Shown here one piece after another: positions 53,754 through 64,000 of a stretch of 64,000 nucleotides of DNA (position 1 is the first letter of the stretch; each line of letters starts with the position of its first letter). Under the pieces are notes generated by a model that was given only the letters and a program-made list of their open reading frames with translations, was not told where the DNA came from and did no database searches. The DNA comes from an uncultured Planctomycetota bacterium (GTDB taxonomy: Bacteria > Planctomycetota > Planctomycetia > Gemmatales > Gemmataceae), in NCBI GenBank assembly GCA_963849325.1, contig CAWKHF010000006.1, forward strand, positions 96,001-160,000, written 5' to 3'. A program made the translations under genes and the position numbers.

Positions 53754-54350
53754 TCACTCTTGCTTCTGCGATAACCGGCCAGGATTCTCATAGAGCAGGA
53801 CAAGGACCGTCTGGGTGAAATCCATCACCCGAACCGCGTCTTCTTTGGAGACGGAGGCAATATGGTGGGCAGCCTGGTTTCCAACCTCGCGTATGTGGTC
53901 AACCCAGGGTAAAGCTCTCGCGGGAATCAGGTTGGCGTCCACGAGTTTCTGAACGCATGTCTGGAAATGCTCCCCTTCCCTCGCCACCCCTTGATTGACG
54001 GCTACGATCATCAGCATCTTCCGGCATAGCAGAGCCACGGCTGTATATGCCCATTCCGTCAAGCAGATGCGTGCCTCGCGGTAAATGCGAACAAGATCAC
54101 TGGGAAGATTGGAGATTTTGGCTCCTGCAAATGGGGAAGGCGTCTGGGATTCGACTACAAGCTCGTTGAAGTAAGTAGGGTTGCCACATCTAGGGCAAAT
54201 CCGAATCTCATCGCGGAGACGATCACCTTCGCGCAATCCAATATATCCTTCGGTCGAAGTCACCTCAAGGTCATCGCAGAAGCGGCAGATGTAAGGCCGC
54301 GGTCCAAGGGTACGAGTATCATGCCATTCTACCAGCATAGGTTGCTCCAT
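53754..54350 (-). CDS. DUF4145-like (HEPN-related) protein with N-terminal CxxC pairs
   Basis: CRFC and CPRC; IYREAR..AYTAVALLCRKML..IREVGNQAAH (RxxxNxxxH); visibly lower GC than its flanks. Confidence 0.8.
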   Translation of the reverse strand: MEQPMLVEWHDTRTLGPRPYICRFCDDLEVTSTEGYIGLREGDRLRDEIRICPRCGNPTYFNELVVESQTPSPFAGAKISNLPSDLVRIYREARICLTEWAYTAVALLCRKMLMIVAVNQGVAREGEHFQTCVQKLVDANLIPARALPWVDHIREVGNQAAHHIASVSKEDAVRVMDFTQTVLVLLYENPGRLSQKQE

Positions 54351-54658
54351 TGCTCGCGGTGAAACGAGGCAGTGTCACTTGTAGTCCGGGCCCCTCTTCG
54401 CCGAACTATGTTCTTCGGCGGCGTGCCGAAGCAGGTGCTTAGGGCGTGCGCCCTAATTCGGATATTTCAACCCCTGCTATGCCGCACCGTCAAGCGAAAT
54501 CGGTATCGAGGCCGCCATTCCGGAATGGATATGCTTCCCTTCGGTTGACAGCTGCGCGCGGGCGTGGGAGACTGCACATTCTCCGCCCGCCCTCGCGACG
54601 CCCTCGGGGGTCATCGCCCGCTCGGTGGCATCCCACAATCCCCACCCGGAGGCTCCTC

Positions 54659-57600
54659 ATGCGCCTGCGATCCCCTTTGTTTTCGCGCCGATTCGCCGCC
54701 ATCGCCGTCCTGCTCGCCGTCGTCGGCGTCGTGCCGTGGCTGCCGGCCGCGGAGGACGCCGCGGCGCCGGGATTGGTCGCCACCCTGAAGGGACACACGC
54801 GAGGCCGTCTACGCCGTCGCCTTCACGCCGGACGGCAAGTACGTCGTCACCGGCAGCGGCGATCACAGCGTCAAGGTGTGGGACGGCGCCACCGGCAAGG
54901 AGATCAAGAGCTTCGGCGGGCCGACCGGCCATCAGAACCTCGTCCTCAGCGTGTCCGTCAGCGCCGACGGCGGCCTGATCGCTTCGGGCGGCTCCGACAA
55001 CAAGGCCAAGCTCTGGGACTTCCCCAGCTCCAGCCCGCTGCGCGACATCGCCAAGAGCGAAGGCGCCGGCGTCCTCGCCGTCAGCCCCGACGGCACGAAG
55101 CTCGCCGGCGGCGATAAGGATGGGCATGTGAAGATATGGAACAGCGCCGATGGCAAGGAGCTGTTCCAGCTCGACGGGCACCGCGGCCCCGTCACCGGCT
55201 TCGCCTTCAGCGCCAACGGCCAGCTCCTCGTCTCGTGCGGCAGCGATCAGGACGCTGCGTTTCTGGAACCCGGCCAACGGCCAGAGCCGTCGCCGTCATC
55301 GGCGCGCACGCGGCGGCGGTTCGCGGCGTCGCCTTCAGTCCCAACAACAACGCCGTCTACAGCGCCGGCGCCGACGGCAGCCTTGAAGTTCTGGGCGCTG
55401 CCGCCGGTCGCCTCGAAACCGCTGGGCGCGCCGCACGGCGACGCCGTGACGCGCCCTGGCTCTGTCGGCGGACGGCAATTCGCTCGTCTCCGCCAGCGCC
55501 GACAAGAGCGTGCGCCTGGCGAACGCGGCGAACGGCCAGCTGGTCCGCGATTTCACGGGGGCGGCGGCGGCCGTCGAGTCGCGTGGCCCTGTCGCCCAAT
55601 GGCGCCTTGATCGCGGCGGGTACAGCCGACAGACGCCTGCTCGTCTGGCAAGCCAAGGATGGCCAAGTGCTCGCCAACGTCGCGCAGCCCGGCGACGGGC
55701 CTCGCCTTCAACCCCGCCTCGAACCAGCTTCTGACCGGCGGCGGCGACGGCGCGCTCAAGCTGTGGGCCATGCCGCCGGCGCCGGAGCGGATGCTGACGC
55801 ATCCCGACGCCGTGCGTGCGGCGGTCGGTCAGCGCCGACGGCAAGCGGCTGTTCACCGGCGGCGCCGACAAGATCGTCCGCGCCTGGAACCTGGCCGATC
55901 CACAGCAGCCGGAGCGCCAGTTCTCCGGCCACACCGCCGCCGTCAACGCCGTCGCCGTCAGCGCCAATGGCAAGCTCCTCGCCTCGGCCGGCGACGATGA
56001 GACGATCCGCTTCTGGAACCAGACCAACGGCCAGCAGACCGCCTTCATCGGCGCCCACGCCGGCCCGGTGACGAGCCTGTCCTTCAACGCCGGCGGGCAA
56101 GTGCTGTCGGCGTCGGCGGACGGCAGCGTCAAGCTGTGGCAGCCGCCGGCCGCGGCGGCGAAGCTGCTCGCCCATCCCGGCCAGGTCACCAGCGCCGTCC
56201 TCAGCCCCGATGGCACGCGTCTGCTGACCGGCTGCGGCGACAAGCAGGTCCGCCTGTGGAACCTGACGCACCGGCCAGGTCGAGCGGCCATTCGCCGGCC
56301 ACACGCTCGGCGTCCTGTGCGTGGCGATGAATGCGGCCGGCACGCAGGTCGCCGCCGGCGGCGCCGACAAGACGCTGCTTCGTCTGGGAGACGGCGACCG
56401 CCAAGGAGATCAAGAAATTCGCCCTCGCCGCCGCCGTCAACAGCGTGGCGTTTTCGCCCGACGGCAAGCTCCCTCGCCGCCGGCCTCGCCGATAACAGCA
56501 TTCACCTCTTCGACCTGGCGATGGGCAAGGAAATCAAGACGCTCACCGGACATACCGGAGCCGTCAACGCGCTGTCGTTCACCGCCAAGGGCGATCAGCT
56601 CGTCTCGGCCAGCGCCGACAAGACGGTGCAGGTGTGGACCGTCGCCGACGGCAAAGTCGAAGACGAAGCTGGAGCACGGCGCGGCGGTGCAGGCGCTGGC
56701 TCTGAGCAAGGACGGCGCCCGCGTGGCGGCCGGCGGCGCGGACAAAACGGTCAAGGTCTGGACGCTGGCCGACGGCAAGCCGCAGGCGACGATCGCCACG
56801 CCCGCCGCCGTGCACGGCGTCGCGCTTCAGCCCGGATGGCACGCGCCTGCTGGTCGGCGGCGCGGACAACAAGGCCCGCGTCTACGGATCGATGGCCAGC
56901 TCGTCGAGTTCTTCCCGCACGAGGGGCCGGTACTCGCCGTCGCTTTCCACGGCGACGGCAAGCGTCGTCTTCACCGCCAGCGCCGACAAGACGGTGCGGC
57001 CGTGGTCGCTGTCGCTGTTGTGGCAGGCGCGCCACGCCGGCCCGGTGCGGCAGGCGCTGTTCAACGGCCGCGGCGATCGCGTCGTCTCCTGCGGCGACGA
57101 CAAGACGATCAAGGTCTGGAACGCCGCCGACGGCAAGCTCGTCCAGTCGCTCGACGCCCACGACGGTCCCGTCGCCGGCGTCGCCGTCAACGCCGACGCC
57201 ACGCGCCTCGTCTCGTGCGGCGCCGACAAGACGGTGAAGGTCTTCGCGCTGCCGGCCAAGCCGGACGCCAAGGAAGAAAAGCCCGTCGTCCTCACGCTGC
57301 CGGCGGCCGCCTCCGCCGTGGCCCTCAGTCCCAACGGTCGGCGCGTCGCCGTCGCCGTCGCCGGCGCGAAGACCTCGCGATGTCCACGTCTTCGACGCCG
57401 CCAGCGGCAAGGAGCTGCTCGTCTTCGCCGAGCACGCCGGGGCGATCCGCGCGCTCGAGCTTCCTCGCCGACAATCGCACGCTCGTCTCGGCCGGCGCGG
57501 ACAAGATCGGTTCGTCTCTCGGACATGAACGTGCTCGCATCTTTCGATGCCCACGCCGGCGGCGTGACGAGCGTGGCGTTCCACACCAACGGCACGCAGG

Positions 57601-59332
57601 CGCTCTCGGCCGGCGCGGACAAGACCGTCAAGCTGTGGGACGTGACGAAAGGCCAGGTGCTCAAGACGTTCGGCCCGCTGCCGGAGGCGGTCCGCGCCGT
57701 CGCCTTCAACCGCGCCGGCACGCAGATCGGCGCGGCCGCCGGCAAGACGGTGACGGTGTGGAACGTCGCCGACGGCAAGGAAGTGCGCAAGCTGGAGCAT
57801 CCGGCCGAGGTGGCGGGCCTGTCGTTCAGCGCCGACGGCACGCGCCTGGCGACCGCCGCGGCCGACAACGAGGTCCGCGTCTGGGAGCTGGCCACCGGCA
57901 ACGAATTGCAGGCGTTCCTCCACGCCGGCACCCGTACGCGCCGTCGCCTGTCACGCCGGCAACAATGCGCTCGTCCTCTCCGGCAGCGCCGACAAGACCG
58001 TCGCCCTGCACACGATGACGGTGGCGCGCGTGCTGTCCGCCGGCGCCCCGCTGCGCGCCGTGGCCGTCACCGCCAACGGCACGCACGTCCTGACGGCCGG
58101 CGACGACGGCAAGGTCAAGCTGTGGAACGCCGGCACCGGCGCCAACGACCGCACCCTGGACGGCGGCGGCAAGGCGCTGCATGCCCTGGCCGTGTCGAAA
58201 AACAACGTCCTGCTCGCGGCCGGCGGCGACGATCGGACTGTGCGCGTCTTCACCTTCGCCGACGGCAAACTGCTCGCCGAGATCAAAGCGCCCGGCGTCG
58301 TCCGCAGTCTGACGTTCACGCCCAACAGCCAGACGCTCGCCGCCGCCTGCGTCCCGCCGGAGGGTGGTCCTGCCGCAACAGGCGTCATCCAGACGTGGAA
58401 CGTCGTCTACAATCCCGGCCAGCCGGTGCCGGCCGAGTTCGGCAAGCCGGTACAGACCTACGCCGGCGCCGGCGCGGTCGCCGACGTCGCCTTCGCCGGC
58501 AACGGCAGCACCTTCTACTCCGGCAGCGCCGACAAGGCGATCAAGGTGTGGAAGTTCGCCGCCGACACGCCGGCGAAGACATTTCCAGCACCCCAACCTC
58601 GTCGATGCGGTGGCCTTCAACCCGGACGGCACGCAGCTGGCAACCGGCTGTCACGATGGCCGGGTGCGCATCTTCGACGTGGCCAAGGGCACGGTGGTCC
58701 GCGAGATCCAGGCCCACGTCACCATGCCGCAGCCGTCCGCCGTCTACTGCCTGGCCTGGAGCGCCGACGGCAAACAGATCGTCTCCGGCAGCTTCGATCA
58801 CAGCCTGAAACTGTGGAACGCCGCCGACGGCAAGCTGATCCGCGAGTTCAAGGGCTACGAGGACAAGAAGTTCGAGAAGGGCCACCGCGACGGCGTGTCG
58901 TGTCGCTGGCGCTGGCGCCGGACGGCAAGACGCTGGCCTCGGCCGGCGGCTGGGACCACGCCGATCAAGATCTGGAACGTCGCCGACGGCAGCGTGCTGC
59001 GCGAGCTGACCAATCCGACCATCAAGGCCGGCGCCGGGCCGCAATCGCCGCAGGCCCATCCGGGCGTGGTGTACGCGCTGCGCTACACGCCGGACGGCAA
59101 GCGTCTGGTCAGCGTCGGCGGAGCGCCGCGGAACCAGGGCTATTTGGCGATCTGGAACGCCGCCGACGGCAAGATGCTGTACGGCGGCGAGCAGGCGCTG
59201 GGCACGCTGTTCTCGCTGGCGGTGTCGCCGGACGGCAAGTTCCTGGCCGTCGGCAGCGGCGGCGGTGCCAACGCCGCCGGCGAGGAGGGCAACAGGAATA
59301 ATGCCTATGTGATGAAGCTGCCGACGAAGTAA
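54659..59332 (+). CDS. Very large secreted WD40-repeat protein (many indels)
   Basis: Signal peptide; roughly 30 or more GH/AH..V..VAFSPDG..ADKTVKVW units spread over alternating frames. Confidence 0.82.
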
Positions 59333-59362
59333 GACAGGCAACGGAGAGGGCCGGTGCCGGCC

Positions 59363-59809
59363 TCAGAAATCTAGGGTGAACTGCTGGCCGGGACCGTCGA
59401 GGAGCAGCCGGCAGTCCAGCAGAATGTCCAGGCCGATCAGCACCTCGACATCGGGGATGGGGTCTGCCAGTTCCATCACCATCAGATCGCCTCGCGTCAG
59501 CATCGGTCCGGGGAGATTGCCCACCGGAGCAATGCTCAGGCTGACCTCGAACAGTTGAACCGGGACGGATCGACGCGCCGTCTGCGTACGGGTTTGGGCG
59601 GCGGTGGAAATCCCCAACTGCTGGATGATGGCCGTTGCCACGCAGCTAATGCTCGATCCGGTGTCGAGGATTCCGGTCGCCCAAATGGGAACGGGTGGCG
59701 GTTGCCCGGCGGCGATCAAGGCCATCATCGTCGGATGATTTAGGCTAATCATCACCGCCAACCGGAGCTCGTTTTGCTGAATCGGGAAAGTTAGCTGGGA
59801 CATGGCCAA
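59363..59809 (-). CDS. Retropepsin-like aspartic protease
   Basis: GILDTGSS and VLIGLDIL motifs. Confidence 0.78.
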   Translation of the reverse strand: MAMSQLTFPIQQNELRLAVMISLNHPTMMALIAAGQPPPVPIWATGILDTGSSISCVATAIIQQLGISTAAQTRTQTARRSVPVQLFEVSLSIAPVGNLPGPMLTRGDLMVMELADPIPDVEVLIGLDILLDCRLLLDGPGQQFTLDF

Positions 59810-60171
59810 TGACGTCTCAGGCGCAGGAATCGTTCGCGCTCTTGGATCTGGTGGACGAGGAAGGCTTGGAGCAGGAATTTTTGATGGGCTATCCTCAGAG
59901 CTTCCTCTTGCCTTTCCCAGATGCCGATGATCTCTCGCCCTTTGATGAGGATGTATTTTCCCTCATTCCCCTCGGCGAGGAGCCGGCCGACTTCTCGACG
60001 ATAGGTTTCCCACTCCTCGCCGAGCACGTCGCCGGGCCGGGCCGCGGGCAGCTCGGTGTAATGGATGGTCGGCGGCGGGGAAGGGGGCGGCGGAGGCTGC
60101 TGGCGATAGCGCTCCCAGGCCTCGCGGTGGATTCGCGCCACCAGATCGTGTCCGTCCTCGTTCATGGTCAT
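59791..60171 (-). CDS. Small DUF5678-like protein
   Basis: EWETYRREVGRLLAEGNEGKYILIKGREIIGIW; AAGGAGG RBS; overlaps the protease start. Confidence 0.6.
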   Translation of the reverse strand: MTMNEDGHDLVARIHREAWERYRQQPPPPPSPPPTIHYTELPAARPGDVLGEEWETYRREVGRLLAEGNEGKYILIKGREIIGIWERQEEALRIAHQKFLLQAFLVHQIQERERFLRLRRHWPCPS

Positions 60172-60357
60172 CCCTCCTTGAGGGAGGACGATACCAGATC
60201 GTCGGCCGACGGGCAGCGCCAGTCCCTATCGTAACCGTGGGCGACCCGAGCGCCAAAGACGCCGGGATTCATTGGTCTGACGCTCTGTCGTAGAGTACAA
60301 ACGAGGAAGAGGCGCCGGCGCCTCGGTGCGGACGGGGACTCAGTCGGGAGCACGTCG

Positions 60358-63300
60358 ATGCGATTGGCGGAGCTGCAACAGGCCTTGCGCGCGGCCGACC
60401 CGGCGGCGGTGCTGGTGCCGCCGCGCGTGCTCGATCGCTTGATCCAGGCCCAGCACCAGCTGTCCAACCTGTTCGAGTCCGTGCCGCATCGCAAAGGCTA
60501 CGTCGTCGATCGATCCACCCTGTACCGCTACGTCGAGCAGGACGAGCTGGACCTGGAACCGGATCGTCTGCTGCCGTCAACGGTCATTCTGCTGGCGCGG
60601 CCGTCGCCGAACACCCTGGGGACGCAGGAACGCGAGACCATCCTGCTCATCTACTGGCGGCGACTGTTCCACGCCGCCGTCCATCGTAGTTTGCGACAGC
60701 AGATCGGCGAGGGCCGGCTGACCGCCGCCCTGGTCCGCGAACGCATCGAGGACATCGGCGCCGGCACCTTCGCCGAAATCCGCATGGTGCTCGATCAGGA
60801 AAAGTATCTGCTGCCCGACGAGGGCGACGAAACGGCCGTTTACATGGAGTTCGCCGCGGTTTATCTGGAGCTGCGCTACTTCGCGGCCAACCTGCTGCCG
60901 ATCTACTTCCCCGGCCTGTCCGACCGCGGCAAAATCGACGCCTTGCTGGCGCGCGACGTGGACGCGGCCGGCCTGTTCGCCCAGACCCGCCTGGCCGGCA
61001 TCGCCGACCCGGTCGTGCGCACCGATACCAGCTCCGACGAATCGCACGATTACTACTGGAAGCTGATGGGCACCGCCGACCAGGCGGAGCACGAGGGCAA
61101 CACCGTTCGCGCGGCCATCCTGCGCACCAAGGCCGCCCGTGTCGCTCCGGCGTCGCTGGAAGAGCCGACGCGGCAGCAGGGCCCATGAAGACCTGCGGCA
61201 GTTGACTCGCCGTTTGCAGAGCGGCCCTGGAGTTGAGCGAACGCGAGGCGGACGAATGGCTCATGGACCTGCCGGCCCTTCTGGACAAGGCCGACCAGGG
61301 CAGTTGGCCGGTCGAGGCGGCGCTGCTGTACGACCTGCAAAAAGTCGGCGTCGATCACGAGCGCGACATCTACGCCCTGGACCTGGTGACCTGGCTGACC
61401 TCCGGCGGCCGACGGCCGATCAAGCGGCCGTTGCCCAGTCAGCGGCTGGTGCGCATCACCAAGCACCTGCGCAGCGCCGCCCAGCGTTTGACCCAGGCTC
61501 GCCTGTCCGACGACGAACGGCAGCACCTGGCCCGCCTGTTGCAAGCGGCCCTGCACCACTGCGAGGAACGGCTGCGCGGCCGTTTCCGTCCCGTGCTCAC
61601 CGACGCCCTGTCGAGCGTCGGCCTGCAGCCGGCCAACCCGCCGGAGCGCACCGCCTTCGCCCGCATGATCGAGGAGATGCTCGACCGCATCGTCGAGCTG
61701 GGCTTTTTGACGTTCAGCGACCTGCGCGACACCATCTCGCGCAACCAACTCAAGATGCCGGACCTGGGCGACCCGCAGGAGTTCGTGCGCGGCGATCCGC
61801 TGCTGCGGCTGGACCGTCGGCTGGCGACGGCGCTGGACGGCGTGTATCGGCCCAGCGAGGTGTATCTGCGCTGGCTGGAGCGCCTGACGGCGCCGGCGTT
61901 CGGCACGGTCTCGGGCCGCTGGCTGGTGCTGTTTGTGCTGCTGCCGTTCGGCGGCGCGGCGGTGATGGTGCAAGGCGCTCAAGTGCTCGTCGGGCATTTC
62001 CAGCCGGCGGTCGTGCCCAGCCGCGGCGACCAGGGCGAGGAAGCGGAGCGGCCGGCGCCGTCCGAGGACGCGGAGGGCTCCGAGACCTCGGCGGAGCGCA
62101 TCGGCGTCGAGAAGCTGGAACTACCCTTGTCCTGGAAGCTGGCGGCGATCGCCCTGCTGGGGTTGTTCCTGCTGGCGCTGTTGCACGTCGAATCGTTCCG
62201 CCAGGGCTGCAAGCAGACGCTGGTGCTGACCTACCGCGCGCTGCGCGGCCTGCTGATCGATCTGCCGGTCTACCTGGCGCGTCGGCCTCTGGTGCAGAAA
62301 GCCCTCAAGAGCTGGGCGTTTCAACTGTTGTGGTCGTTCGCGTTCAAGCCGGCGGTGGTGTGCGCCGTGCTGTGGTGGCTGCTGCCGAAAGCCTTCGCCA
62401 GCTGGCAGGTCGGCTGCATTACCTTCCTGCTCGTGGCCATTGTCCTGAACTCGCGGTGTCGGCAAGGCCGTCGGCGAGGCGCTGATGCAATCGCTGGCGA
62501 ACGTCTACGAGCTGCTGCGGGCCGGCCTGCTGCCCGGCCTGCTGCGCCTGCTGTTGTGGGCGTTCAAGCAGACCATCGACACGATGGAATACGTGCTGCA
62601 CACCGTCGATGAATGGCTGCGCTTCCGTCAAGGTGACAGCCAGTTGTCGCTGCTGGTGCGCACCGTCGCCGGCCTGCTGTGGTATCCGGTGGCCTGGCTG
62701 GCGCGCTTCTACCTGGTGGTGCTGATCGAGCCGGGCTTCAACCCGCTCAAGGCGCCGGTGTCGTACCTGGCGGCGAAGTTCATGGTGCCCCTCGTCAAGC
62801 CGTTGACGGAGGGACTGGTGCATCCGCTGGAGCCGGTGCTGGGACCGATCCTGGCCTGGATGATCGCCGTGCCGACGGTGTGGCTGTTGCCGGACCTGTT
62901 CGGCTTCCTGTTCTGGGAGACCAAGGAGAACTGGCGGCTGTACCGGGCCAACCGCGAGCGGTTGCTGCGTCCGGTCGGCGTCGGGCCGCACGGCGAGACG
63001 GTACGGCAACTGTTGCAGCCGGGTTTCCACTCCGGCACGGTGCCGAAGCTGTACGCTCGGCTGCGCCAGGCCGAGCGCGAGGCCATCCGCACCGGCAGTT
63101 GGCGAACCGCGCGGACGTGTCGCCGTGCCCTGGCCGAGGTCGAGCAGACCCTTCGCCGGCTGGTCGAACGCGAGCTGGTCAAGCTGCTGCAAGAGAGTCC
63201 GCGCTGGAAGGGCGAGCCGTTGCGCGTCGGCGGCGTGATGCTGACGCCGACGCGCATCGGCATCGAGTTGACGCAGATCGAGCGGAGTGGGTCCGGTGCG

Positions 63301-63769
63301 TCTGGAGTGGGAGGACCAGGCCGGCTGGCTGGTGGCGGGTATCCGCGAGCCGGGTTGGCTGGAGTCGTTGGCCGAGGAGCCGCGACAAGCGGTGACGACG
63401 GCCCTGGCCGGGCTGTACAAGCTGGCCGGCATCGACCTGGTGCGCGAGCAGATGCGGCCAACGCTGCCGGCGGCGGCGTCCGGCTTCACGCTGACGCCGC
63501 GCGACCTGGTGCTGGAGGTCGGCCCGCACCACGCGCCGGCCGTCCGTTATGACCTGACCAAACCCAAGGGTCCGCTCAGGCCGCGCACCCTGACCGGAGC
63601 GCCGGCGCCGGACTGGCCGACCCTCGATCCGAAGCGGCTGATCTTCGCGCGGGTGCCGCTGTCGTGGCAGCAGTGGGTCGAAAGCTGGCAGGGCAACCCC
63701 GACGGCAAGCCGCCGCGGACCTTGCTCAGTTCCGGCGTATGGCTCCTGCCGGCGGCGTCAGTGGGGTGA
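60358..63769 (+). CDS. Large hypothetical membrane protein (indels near 61180-61225, 62460 and 63285)
   Basis: Four abutting ORF fragments with consistent codon usage; helical N-terminus and central hydrophobic segments. Confidence 0.65.
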
Positions 63770-63781
63770 GGAGGCCGGTCC

Positions 63782-64000
63782 ATGCCCCTGCCCTTCGACG
63801 CCACGCTCAAAGACATCCTGCGGAAGTTCACGCGCGACTTCGAGGAGCAGTTCGGCCTGGTCGGCCCGCAGCCGGCCGTGGTACTCAACGTCGATCTGTC
63901 CACCATCAGCGCCGCCACGGACATCGTGCTCGGCTACGGCGATCCGCCGGTCGGTCTGGTGGACCTCAATTTCCAGTCCGGCCGCGACGCCGACCTGCCC
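63782..64000 (+). CDS. Rpn/YhgA-like protein, 5' part (runs off the window)
   Basis: GAGGAGG RBS; MPLPFDATLKDIL..VLNVDLSTISAATDIVL..LVDLNFQSGRDADLP. Confidence 0.55.
   Translation, partial: MPLPFDATLKDILRKFTRDFEEQFGLVGPQPAVVLNVDLSTISAATDIVLGYGDPPVGLVDLNFQSGRDADLP

Overview
GC-rich bacterial chromosomal segment. Gene content (planctomycete-type cytochrome c domain, ECF sigma/Ser-Thr kinase pairs, LExLEDR-type secreted protein, DUF4058) suggests Planctomycetota, probably Gemmataceae-like (inference). Many genes, including gyrB and dnaN, are broken by small indels; these are best read as sequencing errors, so CDS limits were rebuilt across frames. Left to right: rhomboid, FmdB and a kinase; a secreted module (CHAP-like peptidase, diheme cytochrome c-DUF4384-like, TPR-CHAT protease, unknown secreted protein) followed by an ECF sigma/kinase-WD40 pair; a co-oriented 8-gene hydrolase/receptor cluster at 15.7-29.3 kb (astacin-like protease, chagasin-like protein, S1/P1 nuclease, M4-like protease, MBL hydrolase, membrane patatin, 1304-aa receptor-like membrane protein, alpha/beta hydrolase), the best candidate for an undescribed system; ABC-F; a second ECF/kinase pair; the replication block (short dnaA, dnaN, DUF721, gyrB); hisH, a glycoside hydrolase, surface and WD40 proteins. 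Several families of REP/REPIN-like palindromes occur; one copy is translated in frame inside a kinase and another supplies the stop codons of two convergent genes. No rRNA, tRNA, CRISPR array or intact transposase was recognised. All family calls come from motif recognition by eye, not database searches.
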